Numbered from the whole stretch's first letter, positions 13,092 to 27,008 are shown. The stretch: 55,367 nucleotides of DNA, filler included, from Jimgerdemannia flammicorona (GCA_003990765.1; 2 parts of 2 records of this genome joined end to end with filler, not necessarily neighbours in it), one strand, 5' to 3'. Numbers and translations are program-made. The notes: generated by a model not told the origin, from the sequence alone.

Positions 13092-13556
13092 TGAAATGGT
13101 TCTAGTTTCTTTAAGAGGAAGCAGCTAAATCTGGAAGTTCTAGTTGGCCTAAAGTAGCTTGAAAAGATACTTAAAGGTTCAAGTATTCTTGAAGGATTTC
13201 TAGGAGAAAATATTCTGAGCTTTATTCAGATAGAGAACAAGGATATTTATATATAATCTGAAAGAAAGATCTGGAAGGATCTTGAAAAGAAAGAGAAATG
13301 CCAAAAAATAGGTTCTTGGCAAAGCTGACTAATACTTATTCTACAATATTCCAAAAGGTTCTATAACTAGCTAAGATAAGATGCTTAGTGCTAAGGAAAG
13401 ACAAGAATGTTCTAGTGGTGTCTAGGTGCTGAGAGAAGGTTTCTAAGCAAGTAGAAGGTGACAGAACATAGTAGAATATTCAAGAAATGATAAGAAAAGA
13501 CTAACTAAAAGATGCAAAAATATACTAAGATAAAATATAACTGTGAAATTGTTATA
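13092..13556 (-). repeat. Gypsy-B 5' LTR (465 bp)
   Basis: Direct repeat of 5374-5837, adjacent to the PBS. Confidence 0.95.
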
Positions 13557-16196
13557 GTAACTATAGAGCTAGTATCTGGTTACTAGATTTATATCTTTGA
13601 TAGATATTATAGGATTTAATATAATTCTTGATGTCAGATATTATTTTAGATCAGTAAAAGTCTCAGACAATATTCTTATATATCTTGTCAAATTTTATAT
13701 ATCTAGCTATAGATATATTATATAGTTCTTATAGGATTTATAAGCAGATAGAGTATCAGAGACTCAGATTCTTGTATTTTTAAGATATATATCTCTGTTT
13801 TAGACAGATACATTCTTATAGACCTTCTTTATGATATTACTATCTTCTTCAGAAATTTGTTTAGTAATTTTTTATATATTAGTATAGTATACTTCTTCTT
13901 AACTTTTTTAAATAGGCTGATGACAATATGACTAATTGTAGTAAGATCATCTTTCTGAGCACTCTGGGAGATTATATTAGCTACTTTATTCTTAGTTCTA
14001 GTAATATACTTAATTTCAATATTAAAGGATATAAGTATCTATATCTATCAGATCTATCTTTCTATAAGAATTGACTATATCTGAATATATCAGAGAGTGT
14101 AATAGTCTGTTTATAAGATGAATAATTTATCAAGTAAGAAATATCTCATACATATAGAGATTGGATAATGGTGAGGAGTTTCTTATCTTACATGATATAG
14201 TTCCTTTTATATTTATTGCATTTCTAGAACAAATAGATGACAGAGTGTTCATATTGAGTCAGGATAGCTCTAATAGTAATATTTAAAATATCAGTGATAA
14301 CTATAAAGAGTCTTATTAGATCAGAACCAATTAAAATCAGTATATTAGTCAGTATTCTCTTGAGAGTATTTATAGCTTTAATACATCCTTCTGTCTATTC
14401 TTTTTTAATATTGGCTCCCTTTCTGATGAGACTTATAAGTAGGGAGACAATTGTAGAGAATTCTTAAATAAATCTCCTATAATATTCTGCTAGTTTATTG
14501 AATCCTCATAGAGACTTGAGAGTCTTTGAGATAAGCTAATTACAGATTGCTTAGATCTTCTTAGAATCAATAGTAATACTATTTTCTGAGATAATGTATT
14601 CTAGATATTCAATTTCCTTCTTAAAAAAGTAATATTTCTTCTTTTTTGCTAATAACTTATATTTATAAAGTATATCAAAAATAATTTATAGATATTAATG
14701 GTTGATGATGCTACTTGTGCTATATACCAGAATGTTATTCAGATAGATCAGAATGAATACTTTAAGATATTTATAAAAAATATTATTCATCAGTATTTGG
14801 AAGATTACTAATATATTGATAAGACTAAATGATATTATATAGAATTCATAGTGTCCAAATCTTGTTCAAAAAGCTGTCTTGAGAATATATTTCTCTTTGA
14901 TGTAAATTTGATAATATCCAGATACAAGATTATTAAGTAAAAAGATCTTGGCCTTATATACTTACATATATAGTTAAATAGTTCATCATTTATAGGAGTA
15001 TAAATTGGTTCTTAATAGAGATCTTATTACTCAGTAATTAATATATATGTAGAGACTTCTATCTTTCTTATAGTTAAAGAGTATTGATATACTATATTGT
15101 AATTTCAATAGATAGATAAGACCTTTGCTTACTAATTCTGCTAATTATTCCTTAAGGATCTCTAGCTCAGATTGAACTAGTTGATAGATTTTATAGTAGG
15201 GTGGGTCTGAATCAGAAATAGTTTCAATGCTATATTTTACTTGAGTAGATAGCAGTCCTTGAAGTTCTTGAAAAACATCTTCATATTTCTTGAGTATTTC
15301 TTGGAGGTTATCTTCCTCATTATCTTTATCCTTCAGAAGTTCAGAGAGTTCTTTATTATCTTTCTCTGAGGTTTTCTTGACTATACATATGTAGATATAC
15401 TAGACTGATTTCCAAATTAGCTTCTTTATCTAAATGATAGAGATAACATCATATCTGGGGTTGGATTTCTTTTTGATATACTTAGATTATAACTTAATAT
15501 CTCTTAGAGAGATTATATTGATTTGCCAATCAATGTTAAGTGAGCCAGGAAGAATAAGATTGTATCTAGAGAGATATATAATGTAGAAGGTTTGTCTTAT
15601 AGTATAATTTCTGAGTTGTAGAAATGCATTCTTACATATCTTAGAGAGTTTCTATATTGTTTTATTTTCAAATATAGTAATGTTTTCTTCTGAATTCCTC
15701 TGTATCTTGAGGTGAAATTTTTTAGCAGTTTTTTTTGTCAAGATAGTACTTACTTACTCTACTATTAATAAGAACTTAAACAGAGTTTTCTTTGATTTTT
15801 TCTTAGAGATAGATATATTCTATATTACCTTCTTACTAGGTAGCAATTGTTTCTGAGGTAGTCTCTTCTTCTCAATCTTATACTTCTTTATCTTTATCAT
15901 CAATATTCTTGATTTTTTCTTTCCATCATTCTGGAATAGTTGACTTATACTTCTTAAATTCAAGGATACATATAATACATTCTCTTATATATTCAAAACA
16001 ATACATCTTAATTCTATAAGGATATTATCCTATAAGAATATATTCATTAGCAATATACTAATACTATTTCTGGTCTCAGTTTTGAGATTCTTTGATATAG
16101 ATGATCTTCTATATCTTAGTCTTCTCCTTGGCCTTATTATAATACTTTTCTATTAATTCAAAAGCTTTTTCTTCTCTATTAGAGAGTAATAGTTTA

Positions 16197-19100
16197 CCTT
16201 TTACCAGTAACATTCAGGTGACATAAGACTCAGATAACACTTTCTACTAAAAGGTGACTAGTAATATAGACAGCAATAACTGTACTAGTGAGTGTGATAG
16301 CCAGGGGGGCAGCAGTGCCTTTGACTGGCAGCATGTAGAGAGGAGGAGGAGGGATGGTTTGGGAATACCAGGGCCTCCTATGGTAGGCCATGGTGCTGGT
16401 GGTGGAGGAAGAGGCAGATTGAGGCAATGAGGAGGAGAGAGAATGACCTTTACAGATAAGGTCAAGATGGAGAGAATGGCATCTGGTCTGGATAGTTGGC
16501 TGGGCCTGGGGAAGGAATCAACAGCTACTGTTGGGGGACAGAGAGAGGCCCCCATGGGAGGGTTGGGCAGTAGGGGAGGTAGGGGAGTAGGGGCTGGAGA
16601 TGTGACTACTGATAGAGCTATGACTAGAGATCTGGAAAAAAATCCAGATATAACAGTAGTTGGCAGTTCAGGATAAAGGGTGGGCATGAGGCCCAGGGAT
16701 CTAGCAGATGGCATGACAGGCATGGTGTCAGCACTGTTACTTAAGAAATCAAGATCAGAATTTGCCATTACATTGTATTTCCAGGGCTTGGCAGTGACTA
16801 CAAAGATGATCTTGGGGCTGGTGGTGCAGAAGGTAAAGGGGGTGGCTTCAGTGAAGTTCTTAAAGGAGAAAGAAGAGATTGAGATTGGGTTTGAGGAAGA
16901 GGTGTTGTTGTTGGAGACCATAGAGAAGGGGGTAATAGTGGATGGAGTGATAGTTTCTATGGCTAGGTATATATACTGAGACTCCTGAGTGGTACAGTTG
17001 ACAGTGTTGGATCTTTCTATAGTATTGAGGGAGAGGGCCAGAGAGTTGATTGTGGAGGTGATCAAGGAGTATGGAGAGATTGTAGACATTAGGTTCAGAA
17101 TCTGTAAGGGTACTGAGCTCTGAACTGGTGATATCAACATCAAGATGAGGCTGGCTGAGAAGAAGAACACAGGGAAGATGAGAGACTGGCTGGTGATCCT
17201 TAAGTAGAGACCAGTGGAGTGCAAGATCTCAAGGGTGAAAGGGACACTGGAAGAGGAGGAGGACTTGCTGGAGGCTTTTAAGGATCTGATAGGAGTAGTT
17301 GAGAGAAGGAGACAGGCTTGGAAGTCAAGATGGTAGTGGAGATTGTGGATGAAAAAAGGATTTGGATAGACAAGGGGATGTGGGAGAAGATGCAGGGGAG
17401 ACAAATCCAGAAGGAGTTACTAGTGAAGATAAGAGGAGGTATGGTAGAAGGTGGGGCCAGAGAAGGTGGTGCTGTACTGAGAATGAGCACTTGGGCTGGA
17501 GAGCACAGAGTGGCTCTAGAGGTGGCCCCAGATAGATCAAATGAAGAGGGTCTAGGTAGTATAGTAGAGGATGCTGAAATGGGAGAGGAGGTTTGCTCTC
17601 TATATAGTGTCCCAAGCAGAGCAGGGGGGGAGGAGAAATTGCTGGATATACTGGAAGAAGAGTGAGATGAGTCAGGAAGGAGGAGTGCTCTGGTGGACCC
17701 TGTGGTGGGAGTTGAAGGAGTTGCCCAGGGTATTGCTGAGGCAGTGGATGAAGAGAAGTGACTATGGAAGACTCTAGAGAGAGTAGCAGCTGAGGAGCTT
17801 AGAAGAGAGAACTTCTAGGTACTAAGTGATTGGTACTGGGAGGAAATTCTTTGTAGGGAGGAAATGCTGAGAAAGATTAGGAATGAAATCCTGACAGTAC
17901 TACTGGAGTCAGAGAAATATCAAGTTGATGATCAGAAAGAGGAGACCCTTCAGGAGATTGCAAATGACTGGGCAGTATACTTGTGGGGCTCAAGGAAGGA
18001 GTTGGATAAATAGAGAGTGGTATGCACAGATTATCAAGTAGAAATAGAGGTTGTAGATGAGGTGGAGTATCAGGAAATTTTGGAAACACTAGATGCTCAG
18101 GCTGTAGCAGAGAATGGTTTAGAGGCAGAGTGGTATTTAGATCTAGCTGGGGATGGAATGAGCATGGAATTCTAGATGGGAATCTTAAATATCAAACATT
18201 TTTTCAATATGAATAGTACAACTAGAATCTTTTCTTTGAATATAAATGGGTTGAGGGATGTAGCACTATGTAGGAATATCTTTAGCTGACTGAGGGGACT
18301 GGATGCAGATTTCTTCTTATTGTAGGATATACAGTATGAGGTGGATATGGACTTACTAGACTAGACTCAAGAATGGGGTGAGGCAGCTGTGTGGACTGAG
18401 CAGATGGGCATTCTGATTTAGAAGGGGATGAGAAACATTGGAGACATTGGACATTTGGGGAGTAGATTGGTGTGGAGAATATGGAAGAGGCCTAGATGGA
18501 ACCCTTTGACTATTGGGTCATATTATTGCCCAGCTGAGAGGGGGAAATATATTTATTGAGTCAGAGGCCTGAGGGAAGCTGGTATCATTGGTGAGGCTGA
18601 AATTGATTACCTAGAGAGAGAGATTTCAATATAGTATGAGATAATGAAATAGACAGAACTGATGATGGGAGAGTAATGAGAGGCAGAAGTGGTGGGTTCA
18701 ATGATTTGGATGGAGATTGAGAGATTGAGCTCATTGGTTGACTCAGGATGACAGTTCTGGGTGGATTGCTGAATTTATATCCATTGGGTGGCAGGGCTGG
18801 ACTCCAGAATTAACTGAGTATTGATGGCAGAGTACTGGGGAGTAAATGTCTAGGATATACTAGAGGTGGTTTGGTGCCCATGATTGGATCACTGAGGTCT
18901 AATTGGGGGTGGGAGATTTGGGGGAAGTGGGGATGGGCCAGGATATTGGGAGCTAAATTCTTCTTTACTGGAGAATAGTTCCTTATAGACAGACTGAGAG
19001 GTAGAAGTTGTTGAAAAGATTAGTAGATGGTAGGAGTAGGGATTAGTGATTGAAGATCACTAACAAAGGTTGAAATCAAGTGCCCAGGGGTACTGAAGGG

Positions 19101-21935
19101 AGGTGGGGAAAAGAAGAAGTGCTCAGAGGTAGTGGCAAGTGCAATGGGCTTTATAGAGATTGGTGGTGCTTCTGGGAAGATGGGCAGGGTTACTGGAGGA
19201 TTGGAGAGCAGCAGATTGGAGAATTCAGTAGATATGAAAGGAAGTTGATAAGTTAAAGGAAGTGCTATGAATGGAGAAAGAGATTCAGTTAAAGGAGATA
19301 GTGGTAAGGTTATGATGGCAGGGGTTGGAGGAGGGGGAGAGGTCCACTAAATTTCTTTCATAGTTACTTCAGGCTCAGAGAACCAGACAGCAGTAAGAAG
19401 AGATTCTGAATAAGGAGGAGATGATGGTAGTAGAGATTCCTAAGATTCTGTGATTGCTGAGAACTTGCTGGGGGAATTTATAGAGTGAGGAGAAAGAGAG
19501 GGAGGATGCCCTGAACATTGAATGGCAGTTGGAGGATTGGCATCCAGACCCAGCTCTGGGTCTGGGGATACTGGGGGATCTAGTGAGGGGGGAGGAATTT
19601 CACAAGGTCTTGGCTTCGATGAGTAAAGGGACTGCTCTAGAAGAGGATGAACTGCTCTGGGATTTTTGAAAGAAGATGGCCAGGGTGGAAGTAGTATTGG
19701 AGGAGATAACAGTGATGAGTAATGAGGTCCTTTGATCTGGATTGTGGATTGGGGGCCAGCACCTAGGGCTGGTCTCACTGCTCTATAAGGATAAGAGATG
19801 AAGAGAAGATTGGAAGAACTGGTAACTGATTATGCTCCTTGATATAGACTGCAAGCTGGTGACAAAGATTTTAGTGACTAGACTGTAGGAGATTGCTCAG
19901 CAGATACTAGAAGTGGAACAGAGGGGATTTGTTAGTAGATGGTTGATCTAAGATAGAACTGCCTGAGTCCATGGGGTAATGAAGGAGCTTGGGCAGCTGG
20001 GGTTGATGGCCAGTTAGTGTTTCTAGATCAGGAGAAGGCATATGACAGGGTGAGGAGGGTCTGTCTAGAGGGGGTGCTGAAATGAGTAGGAGTTCCCCCA
20101 GGAATCAGAAAGTTATTAATCAATCTACTGAAAAACAATTAAGCAGTATTAATGGTAAATAAGTACAGGGGTGTGACTTTTTCTTTAGGTTATGGGGTGC
20201 TGCAAGGAGATTCTTTGTTATTTATCTTATATGTCCTCTCCTTGGAGCTCCTATAGGACAGGATCAGATATTGAATTGGGAGTTTGGACATTTTGGGAAT
20301 TAACTGAAAAGTTGGAGCTTTTGCAGATAATATGGTAGTTAAACTGGATTTATTGGAGAATGTAGAGGAGTTAAGAAGGTCTGTGGAATGGTATAAGAGG
20401 GGCTTGGGGGCCAAACTCAACTGGCACAAATACAAGACTCTGGTGCTAGGCAGTGAGATAGTTGGGGGTAATGTAATTGGGACAGTAGTGCCAGCAGGAG
20501 AACTGGTCCAGTATTTGGAGATCTACTTTTCAGTATATGAGTCTCTCCTGCCCCATGCATGGTAGGAATAGTAACTTCTAATATGGGGAAATATACTCTT
20601 GAGGTGGGGTGGCTGACATATATCCTTAGTAGGAAGAGTGATAGTGCTGAATGTGTACTGGCTGCCAAAGCTGTGGTATGTAGGATATTATCTGGACTTC
20701 TCAGTATAAGTGGTCAGGTGGCTTCTGAAGATGGCAAGATCATAGATCTGGGCTGGGTGGCAAAGTTAGATTGGATGAGAGGTTCTTACTCTATCTGTTG
20801 ATAGAGGCAGGCTAGGCTTAGTGGACTTTACCAAATGCCTTCACTGTCTGAGAGCATGGTGGCTGAAGAGGGTGAGCAAGTTGAGGGGCCAGGAGTGGGT
20901 ACCCTCATGCAGAGAGTGTGGGAAGTCTGATATTCCCCTCATGGAGTGACTGGTGATCTGCTTGCAATAGTAGCCCTGGATTGGAGCAGGAGGATATAGT
21001 ATAAAGGCTTTTGGTGGGGAGTGGTGGATGGTGTAAGGAGAATTGGACTTCAGTGGTAGAGTAATGAGAGAGAGGAGGACTGGGGTCTACAGATGTAGAG
21101 ATGGGACAAGCTTTTGCTGAGAGATGCATTGGTGGAGGATTTCTAGCTTGGCAATGAAATAGATTGCATATGGGGCCTAGGGGGGACCTTTGGCCTGTAG
21201 CATAGCAGAGGGTGGGGATTGGTAAGGAGTGGGACTGGAATAGTCTTTGGCCTTGGAGCAAGCAGATGATGCAGTGACTTCTCTTCAAGTTCTGGGTAGT
21301 ATGGTGGAGGTTTCTGAGATAGAATGTGATACTGAACTATTAGTCTGAGTAATTGGTGGCAGATGGCATATTTGAGTGTAAGGAATGTTTGGATGTTGGC
21401 CAGGAGGAGAGAGTGATACAAATGTCTGAACATTGGCTTAGTGAGTGTGAAGTCTTGGGGGAGTTTTGGTACTATATTGTAAATTAGTTAAGACTATGGA
21501 CGCTAGTGGGGGGGGAAGGAGAGAGATGGGGGGACCTCTGCCAAAGACTAGTGAGTGGGGTTAGAGATGAATAGTTGACCTTGGGCTGGGTTCTGGCAAT
21601 TTGGGTTGGGCTGACTAGGTATTGGCTGCATGTATTTGAGGAGGGTCAGTAGGTTGAGATTGGGACTAAGGTAGCATAATGAGAATGGTTAATACTTGAC
21701 ATTTTGAATAGCTGGTGGAGAGGGTGGGGACCAGGTGGGGGGGGACTGATGGAGTTTGGTGAAATATATTTGCCAAAAAAGTGGAGAGAGGGTTCAGATA
21801 GCAAATGACTGGGTTATCCTTTAATGGAGAGAGATAGAGAGTAGAGAAAAGAATCCAAGAGGTATTGGGTGAGGGGTGGGGGTGGAATTGTATTATTATT
21901 TATAGATTGAGGTAATAAAGAGAAGTCTGAGTGAC

Positions 21936-21983
<48 letters not shown>
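16197..21983 (+). mobile_element. Full-length decayed L1/Tx1-like LINE (copy 1)
   Basis: 5' end ccttttaccagtaacattcagg (shared with 46281); ORF1 remnant; ORF2 from ATG 18209 (IFSLNINGL; FLDQEKAYDRV; GVLQGDS; AFADN; YLEI); 3' gtgact+poly(A); TSD GAGTAATAGTTTA (16184-16196)/GAGTGACAGTTCA (21984-21996). Confidence 0.92.
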
Positions 21984-21986
<3 letters not shown>

Positions 21987-22290
21987 TGACAGTTCATTTA
22001 TTTTCTTGACTTTGAGATTATTATATATTATCTCAATAATGGCTTTGGGCAATTTGTTTTCCACATATAATTTCAACTGTCTTCTATTTAGTATTATATA
22101 GTAGGATCTTAATTTTATCTTTGAATTCTTGATCTATAACTCCTCTAGCTATATAGAGTCTCTCTTCCTTAATCAGACTGCTTCTTTCTATAAGACAAAT
22201 ATAGGTTTCTTTAGGGACTTCTATTCTAACACCTGTGCTAATAGTCACTTGCTTGTTTAGTTTGATGAAAACTTCTATACTAGAGTAGAG
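21984..22290 (-). pseudogene. dUTPase domain of Gypsy-A, split by LINE copy 1
   Basis: DYNLYSS...ISTGVRIEVPKETY...ERSSL...RGVIDQEFKDKIKILLYN; a motif-5 remnant (NREEKAFE) continues at ~16155-16183 on the other side of the LINE. Confidence 0.8.
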
Positions 22291-24165
22291 ATTATAGTCA
22301 GTATTAGATTCATATATTTTGTCTAGAATTTTTACAATGATGATGTAGAATTTCTTAATCTTGATCTTTTTAGAGATTCTTTTGGAAATATCTCCTATTA
22401 TAGTGATAGTGTGTAAGGAGAATAGTTCTTTATTTATGTTGGTCTTTTTGTTAGGATATATGTCCTTTTTTTTTATAGTAAAAACATCTCTTTTCTTTAT
22501 GAGTTCTTCTATTTCCTTTAGATAGTTTCTTGAATCTACCTTGTAGTCTTGATAACTCATTCTGGGGTTCATACTTCTTCTCAAATTGATGCTATTTATC
22601 TCTCTTATTGTTGTTTCTATTGTCTCTTAGCCTTTGAGCTATAAGGATAGTATGTACTCTGGTAATGGCTTGTTCTATATACTATTACTCATATAGATAA
22701 TCATAGAGTTATTCTTGTTTATAAAATTTTTCTAATAACTATCTAGAGTTAGCATTGAAGAAGTTGGTAGCTCAGATTCTATTTACAATCTGTTCTCATC
22801 AGCTATATTCTACTCCTATAATATCTAGGAGGAGTTTCAGTCTTATAGTAAATACTTTAAGATCTTCTTTTCTATTATTATAGAATTAAAGATTCTTGAG
22901 CTTTGTTCTGACTTCAGCAATGGGGGTAGAGCTGTAGAACTATTAGATGATTAGTTTTTTTCAATCCACAGTAGCTAGATAGGCTTCATTACTAGAGTAA
23001 TTATTATCTTCTTTACTTGTATTGATTTTACTATAGGTTTTTCAGATAAGAGGGTATATTGATAAATTATACCACTTCTGAGTAGCCATACCTATAAAAT
23101 GAATAGTAACTTTCTCTATTTGTAAGTCTGCAGTTATATAGAGATCTTCAATCTCATAGTACTCATTATTATTGAGAGTACTGTCTGGATTTTGATTGTC
23201 ATTTAATTCATTAGTATAATAATTAATATATATCAACTTATTTTAAGAATATTGTTACTTAGTCTACTTTATCTTTGAATAGTATAAGACAGAGGCCTTT
23301 TGTAGATTTGTTTGTCTTAATGCTGAGATAAAAGGCTTAAGTGAGTATAGTTACTTGGTCAGCCAGTACTACTATCTTGTTATTTGCTAATATTATTCTA
23401 CTATTTCTGTTATCTGTTTAGTAAAATAGCTGAAGTTCTTCTTTTATTATATATTATGGTATATTGATTGTAGTTTGGGGTTGACTCTTCTATAATATTA
23501 CTGAGATGGGTAAACTTATAAACTAGTAGTCTTGATGGAGTAACTATTAGATCTGCTGTGATTTTTAATAGGCTTAATACTCTTAGTAGTAGTTCTGTAA
23601 CAGTACTGAGACTACTAATATCAGGTTCAGATATCTTTTCAATTATCCTCCTAGGTCTGGATGATGTAGCAGAGGTCTTGCTAGATCTAATAGCTTGTAG
23701 TTCTTATTATTGAATTATTCTTACTTGTATATAGCAAATTTAATAATAGAAGTGAGATTTCTTTTAATAGATATAGTATTTTTTATAGTTCAGAAAGACC
23801 TTGGCTTTGTAGTAGCAATTGTTGGAAAAGAGATTTAGAAAATTTTCACTTATAGTCTTAATAGATTCTTATATATATTTTTTATAAAAGAGTCTACTGA
23901 CTAGTTTGTTGAATTTTTTCTTAAATTTAGTAGTATAGAAGACTTCTTTATTGAGTTTATTAAACTTTTAGCTGGTATAAGTTTTAGTCTACTCAGTAAT
24001 AATTTTGTTGAATTCTTTAGCTTAAGTCTAGAGAGTATTCAGAGTAAAGGTACTTTTTGACTATTGCTGACAATATTGATAATATTGACTAATTCTGATT
24101 ATCTGTAGTAGATTCTTTAAAGAAGATTGCTTATGGGTAAGAAGTAACTTCTACTGCTACTAAAT

Positions 24166-24517
24166 TATAATAAAACTATATATCAATATAATTAATATAT
24201 TACAGATAATTAAACTAATTATCAGCCCTAAGTTCTGAGTTCTTATGAAAAAGTACTGAGTTCCAATTATCTGTTATGGTAGAGTCTAGATATTACTTTC
24301 AGATTCTTATACTGATAGAAGTACCATACTTGTATTCTAAGTTGATTAGGCTCAGAATTGTTAACAAGTTAGGTCTAAGAATTCTATGATAAGAATACTA
24401 CTTTATTCTTATATTTGGAGAAAGCAGAGCTGAGATTATAATATACTCAATATAGAGAGTATTTATATATATTTGAGACTATAACTAAATATAGTATACT
24501 GAGTATATTTTATATAT
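24166..24517 (-). repeat. Gypsy-A 5' LTR, outer end apparently truncated
   Basis: Aligns with 2867-3210; PBS remnant adjacent at 24154-24162; similarity lost after ~24517. Confidence 0.8.
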
Positions 24518-24789
24518 TATGATAAGTAGTAGAAATCATACTACTAATATTATAAAATAACTATATATCATAGTAGAAACATTAGGCAGTCTTGGGTATA
24601 TAGTATAAAAGACAGTCAAATATATCTAAGAATATCTAGAACTGCTTTATCATAATAATTTATAAATTAGCTAAAGATATTAGAAAGAGTATATTTATCA
24701 TATAAACTCTATATATTATATAGACTCTGTTTACTATACAGACTCTATATATCTACCATAAATAGCATTCTATACTTAGATATATAGCA

Positions 24790-26060
24790 ATCAGATAGTA
24801 ATAAACTTATATAAAATACTTCAGAGATAAGAGTGAATAAACCTCAGCCTGAAAAGTTCAAAAACAAAAGATAAATCTATCTACTATACTTCAAGAAGAA
24901 CTCTAAAGCTATTACTAGGAGATTGTGAGCTTACTTTTCACTCTGGTCTACTTTCTGATTTAAAGAATAAGTTAAGAATATTTACTGTCAAGTTCAAGAA
25001 CTTTGCTACTATTTGAAGAGAAATCTATTATTTAAGAAATAAGCTATTATATTTTAATCTACTTGCTAGATAAGTCTAAAGAATCTAAGAATCCATCTCT
25101 TGCTATAAAGTCAGTCTTCTGGTGTAACTTCACAGTGAACTTGTTTATACAAATAAAGTCAGTCTCTGATATAACTTTACTAAGAGAAGAATTCACTGTT
25201 TTCCAAAAAGTCTAATATAAGAAACTTTACCACAAAGTCAGTCTATCCAATACAACTTCACAGTAAAGTCAGTCTATCTAACATAGCCCTGTACAAACAA
25301 AGTCAGTCTTTGATATAACTTTATCAAGAACCTGTACCATCTGAGTTATTTCCAGAGAGTCTGCTAATTTAGAAGAATTTGTACTAAACTGAGTTATCTA
25401 AATTATCTATTATCTAAGTTATCTAAGTTATTAAGTTATCTATTAAATAAAGTCTCTACTAAATATAGAATACCACTAAGATTATCATACTAGAAATTAC
25501 ATACTTTTGAAAACAAGATCACTATATATATATAGATCATTATACTATATAGAGATTATTATGTAGAAATCACATAAGGAATCCATTCATACTATATAGA
25601 GATTGTTATCTAGAAATTATATACTTTTGGAGATTACTGCACTATACTAAATTACCACTATACTCAAGATCCATTCTAATAAGGAAATTGATATACAAAT
25701 TAAACATTATATTCAGATTTGACTATTATACTACTAAATACCAAGAACCTCAGAAATTATAGAATATTTTGTTACTTTTTAACAAAATAACTATAGACTT
25801 AAGCCAAACTATATTAATTCCAACCTTGTAATTTATCTCTATTGAGCCAGATATATTATATTTAGAGACTTAACTGAGAAGATTTAAAAATCGACATAAT
25901 ATTTTAACTTACAATAACTTACAATCAAACTGAATATATTTGATACAATATTAATTTCTGCTATTATAAGAGAATCAGTCATTGCCAGCATTTGACCAAA
26001 AAGAGAAGTAATTACTTTAAGACTTATTAACTACTAACTATTAGAAGAATTCCAATCAGA
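24790..26060 (+). repeat. Unclassified degraded repeat, second copy at ~28200-28840
   Basis: Shared blocks ataaaatacttcaga..gaataaacctcagcctgaaa and gaatattttgttactttttaacaaa..taatttatctctattgagc; this copy also has tandem aaagtcagtct units at ~25105-25310. Confidence 0.75.
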
Positions 26061-26329
26061 GGCCAAACAGCAAGGTTCAGTATATGGGTCTGATAATATA
26101 TATAGTAGTTTCTTGTATTAAAGGCCATATTTTTCTATTGAAGGTTAGCTATTAAAATATAGAAAAATGTTATATTGTTTGTAGTATTGTCTATTGTAAT
26201 AATCAAAATCTATACTTAAAATTTTTAATTCACAAATTTATATAAAAATAAATAATTATTAAAATCTGTTTTTTTAAGACTTCTCTCAAAATACTAATCA
26301 GATAATAAGTTCTTCTTTTTTATCTTAAT

Positions 26330-26575
26330 TGTGATCTCAAGCTTATAGATATAACTAATAAAAGTATCTATAATATTTCCTTCAGAATGAGAATCTTTAA
26401 GCTTGATAAAGTCAAGGATAAGAGATTTAAGTTATCAATCAATATCAATCTAATGATCAGTAATATCTAGAAATGAAATTACATTAAAGGATATTTATAA
26501 TTAATTATAAATAAAATTCTGTCTACTGAATTCTATTTATTGAATGTGAGATTAAATTGGTAAGCTCTTATATAT
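26330..26575 (-). pseudogene. Highly mutated hAT transposase fragment
   Basis: Colinear with 35201-35450 (aaagtcaagg..agagatttaag..caatctaat..agaaatgaaatt); differences mostly C>T/G>A. Confidence 0.85.
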
Positions 26576-27008
26576 ATTTTAAATTATTACATATTTATTC
26601 TCTGTAATTAGCTATTTATTAATTTTACTAAAAACTTTAAATAACTCAAATTATTTATAACATTATACTCAGTGACAAAATTAAATAATTCCTTTCAATA
26701 TATGTATATACTTTTATATATATATTTTAAATACATAGTTTAGAATATCTCTTTTGCTTAATAGTAACCACTATAGTTTTTTAAAATAAAATTTATACTT
26801 TTATAAAGATTTTCAATATAGTTATCCTTTAGATAAACTCTAATAGTAGGTAGTTATATTGCTTAAGGAGAAAAAGATATAACTGTTCTTTAGATAGTAG
26901 ATAGTTATATTACTTAAGAAGAAATAATAGAGAGATTATATTGATAATTAGTAGAGGGGTCTTATTGACAATAGTAAAGAGATCTCATTAGTAGTGAGAT
27001 CTCATTAG

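Larger units (their letters stand above)
5374..13556 (-). mobile_element. Gypsy-B: complete chromovirus LTR retrotransposon inserted in the Gypsy-A integrase
   Basis: LTRs 5374-5837 and 13092-13556; TSD GTGAC (5369-5373)/GTAAC (13557-13561); PBS TAGTAGCAGTGG (minus, 13078-13089, tRNA-iMet-like); PPT at 5838-5851. Host frame rejoins as KSSNQILAL*L|SLPI..MDFIV. Confidence 0.95.
2867..24517 (-). mobile_element. Gypsy-A: heavily mutated Ty3/Gypsy chromovirus with nested insertions
   Basis: Direct repeats 2867-~3210 and 24166-~24517; PBS remnant TAGTAGCAG (minus, 24154-24162); purine tract on minus at ~3307-3320. Minus-strand order: gag, dUTPase (~22000-22290), protease VLINSRVS (~15770), RT IYLNNILVYS (~14740), integrase MDFIVQL (~5340), chromodomain YLIK*KRY..YDTT*E.EDNL (~4325-4390). 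Confidence 0.85.

Noticed and set aside
16247..17404. 385-aa minus-strand ORF (also 50653-51705 and 48083-48691)
   Set aside because: Antisense shadows of G/A-rich LINE ORF1; Ser/Pro/Leu-rich with no motifs.
25020..25060. IYYLRNKLL resembling the Y-x-I-G motif of the LTR-borne ORFs
   Set aside because: The downstream F..I..L..LS block was not found and the sequence is too degraded to support homology.
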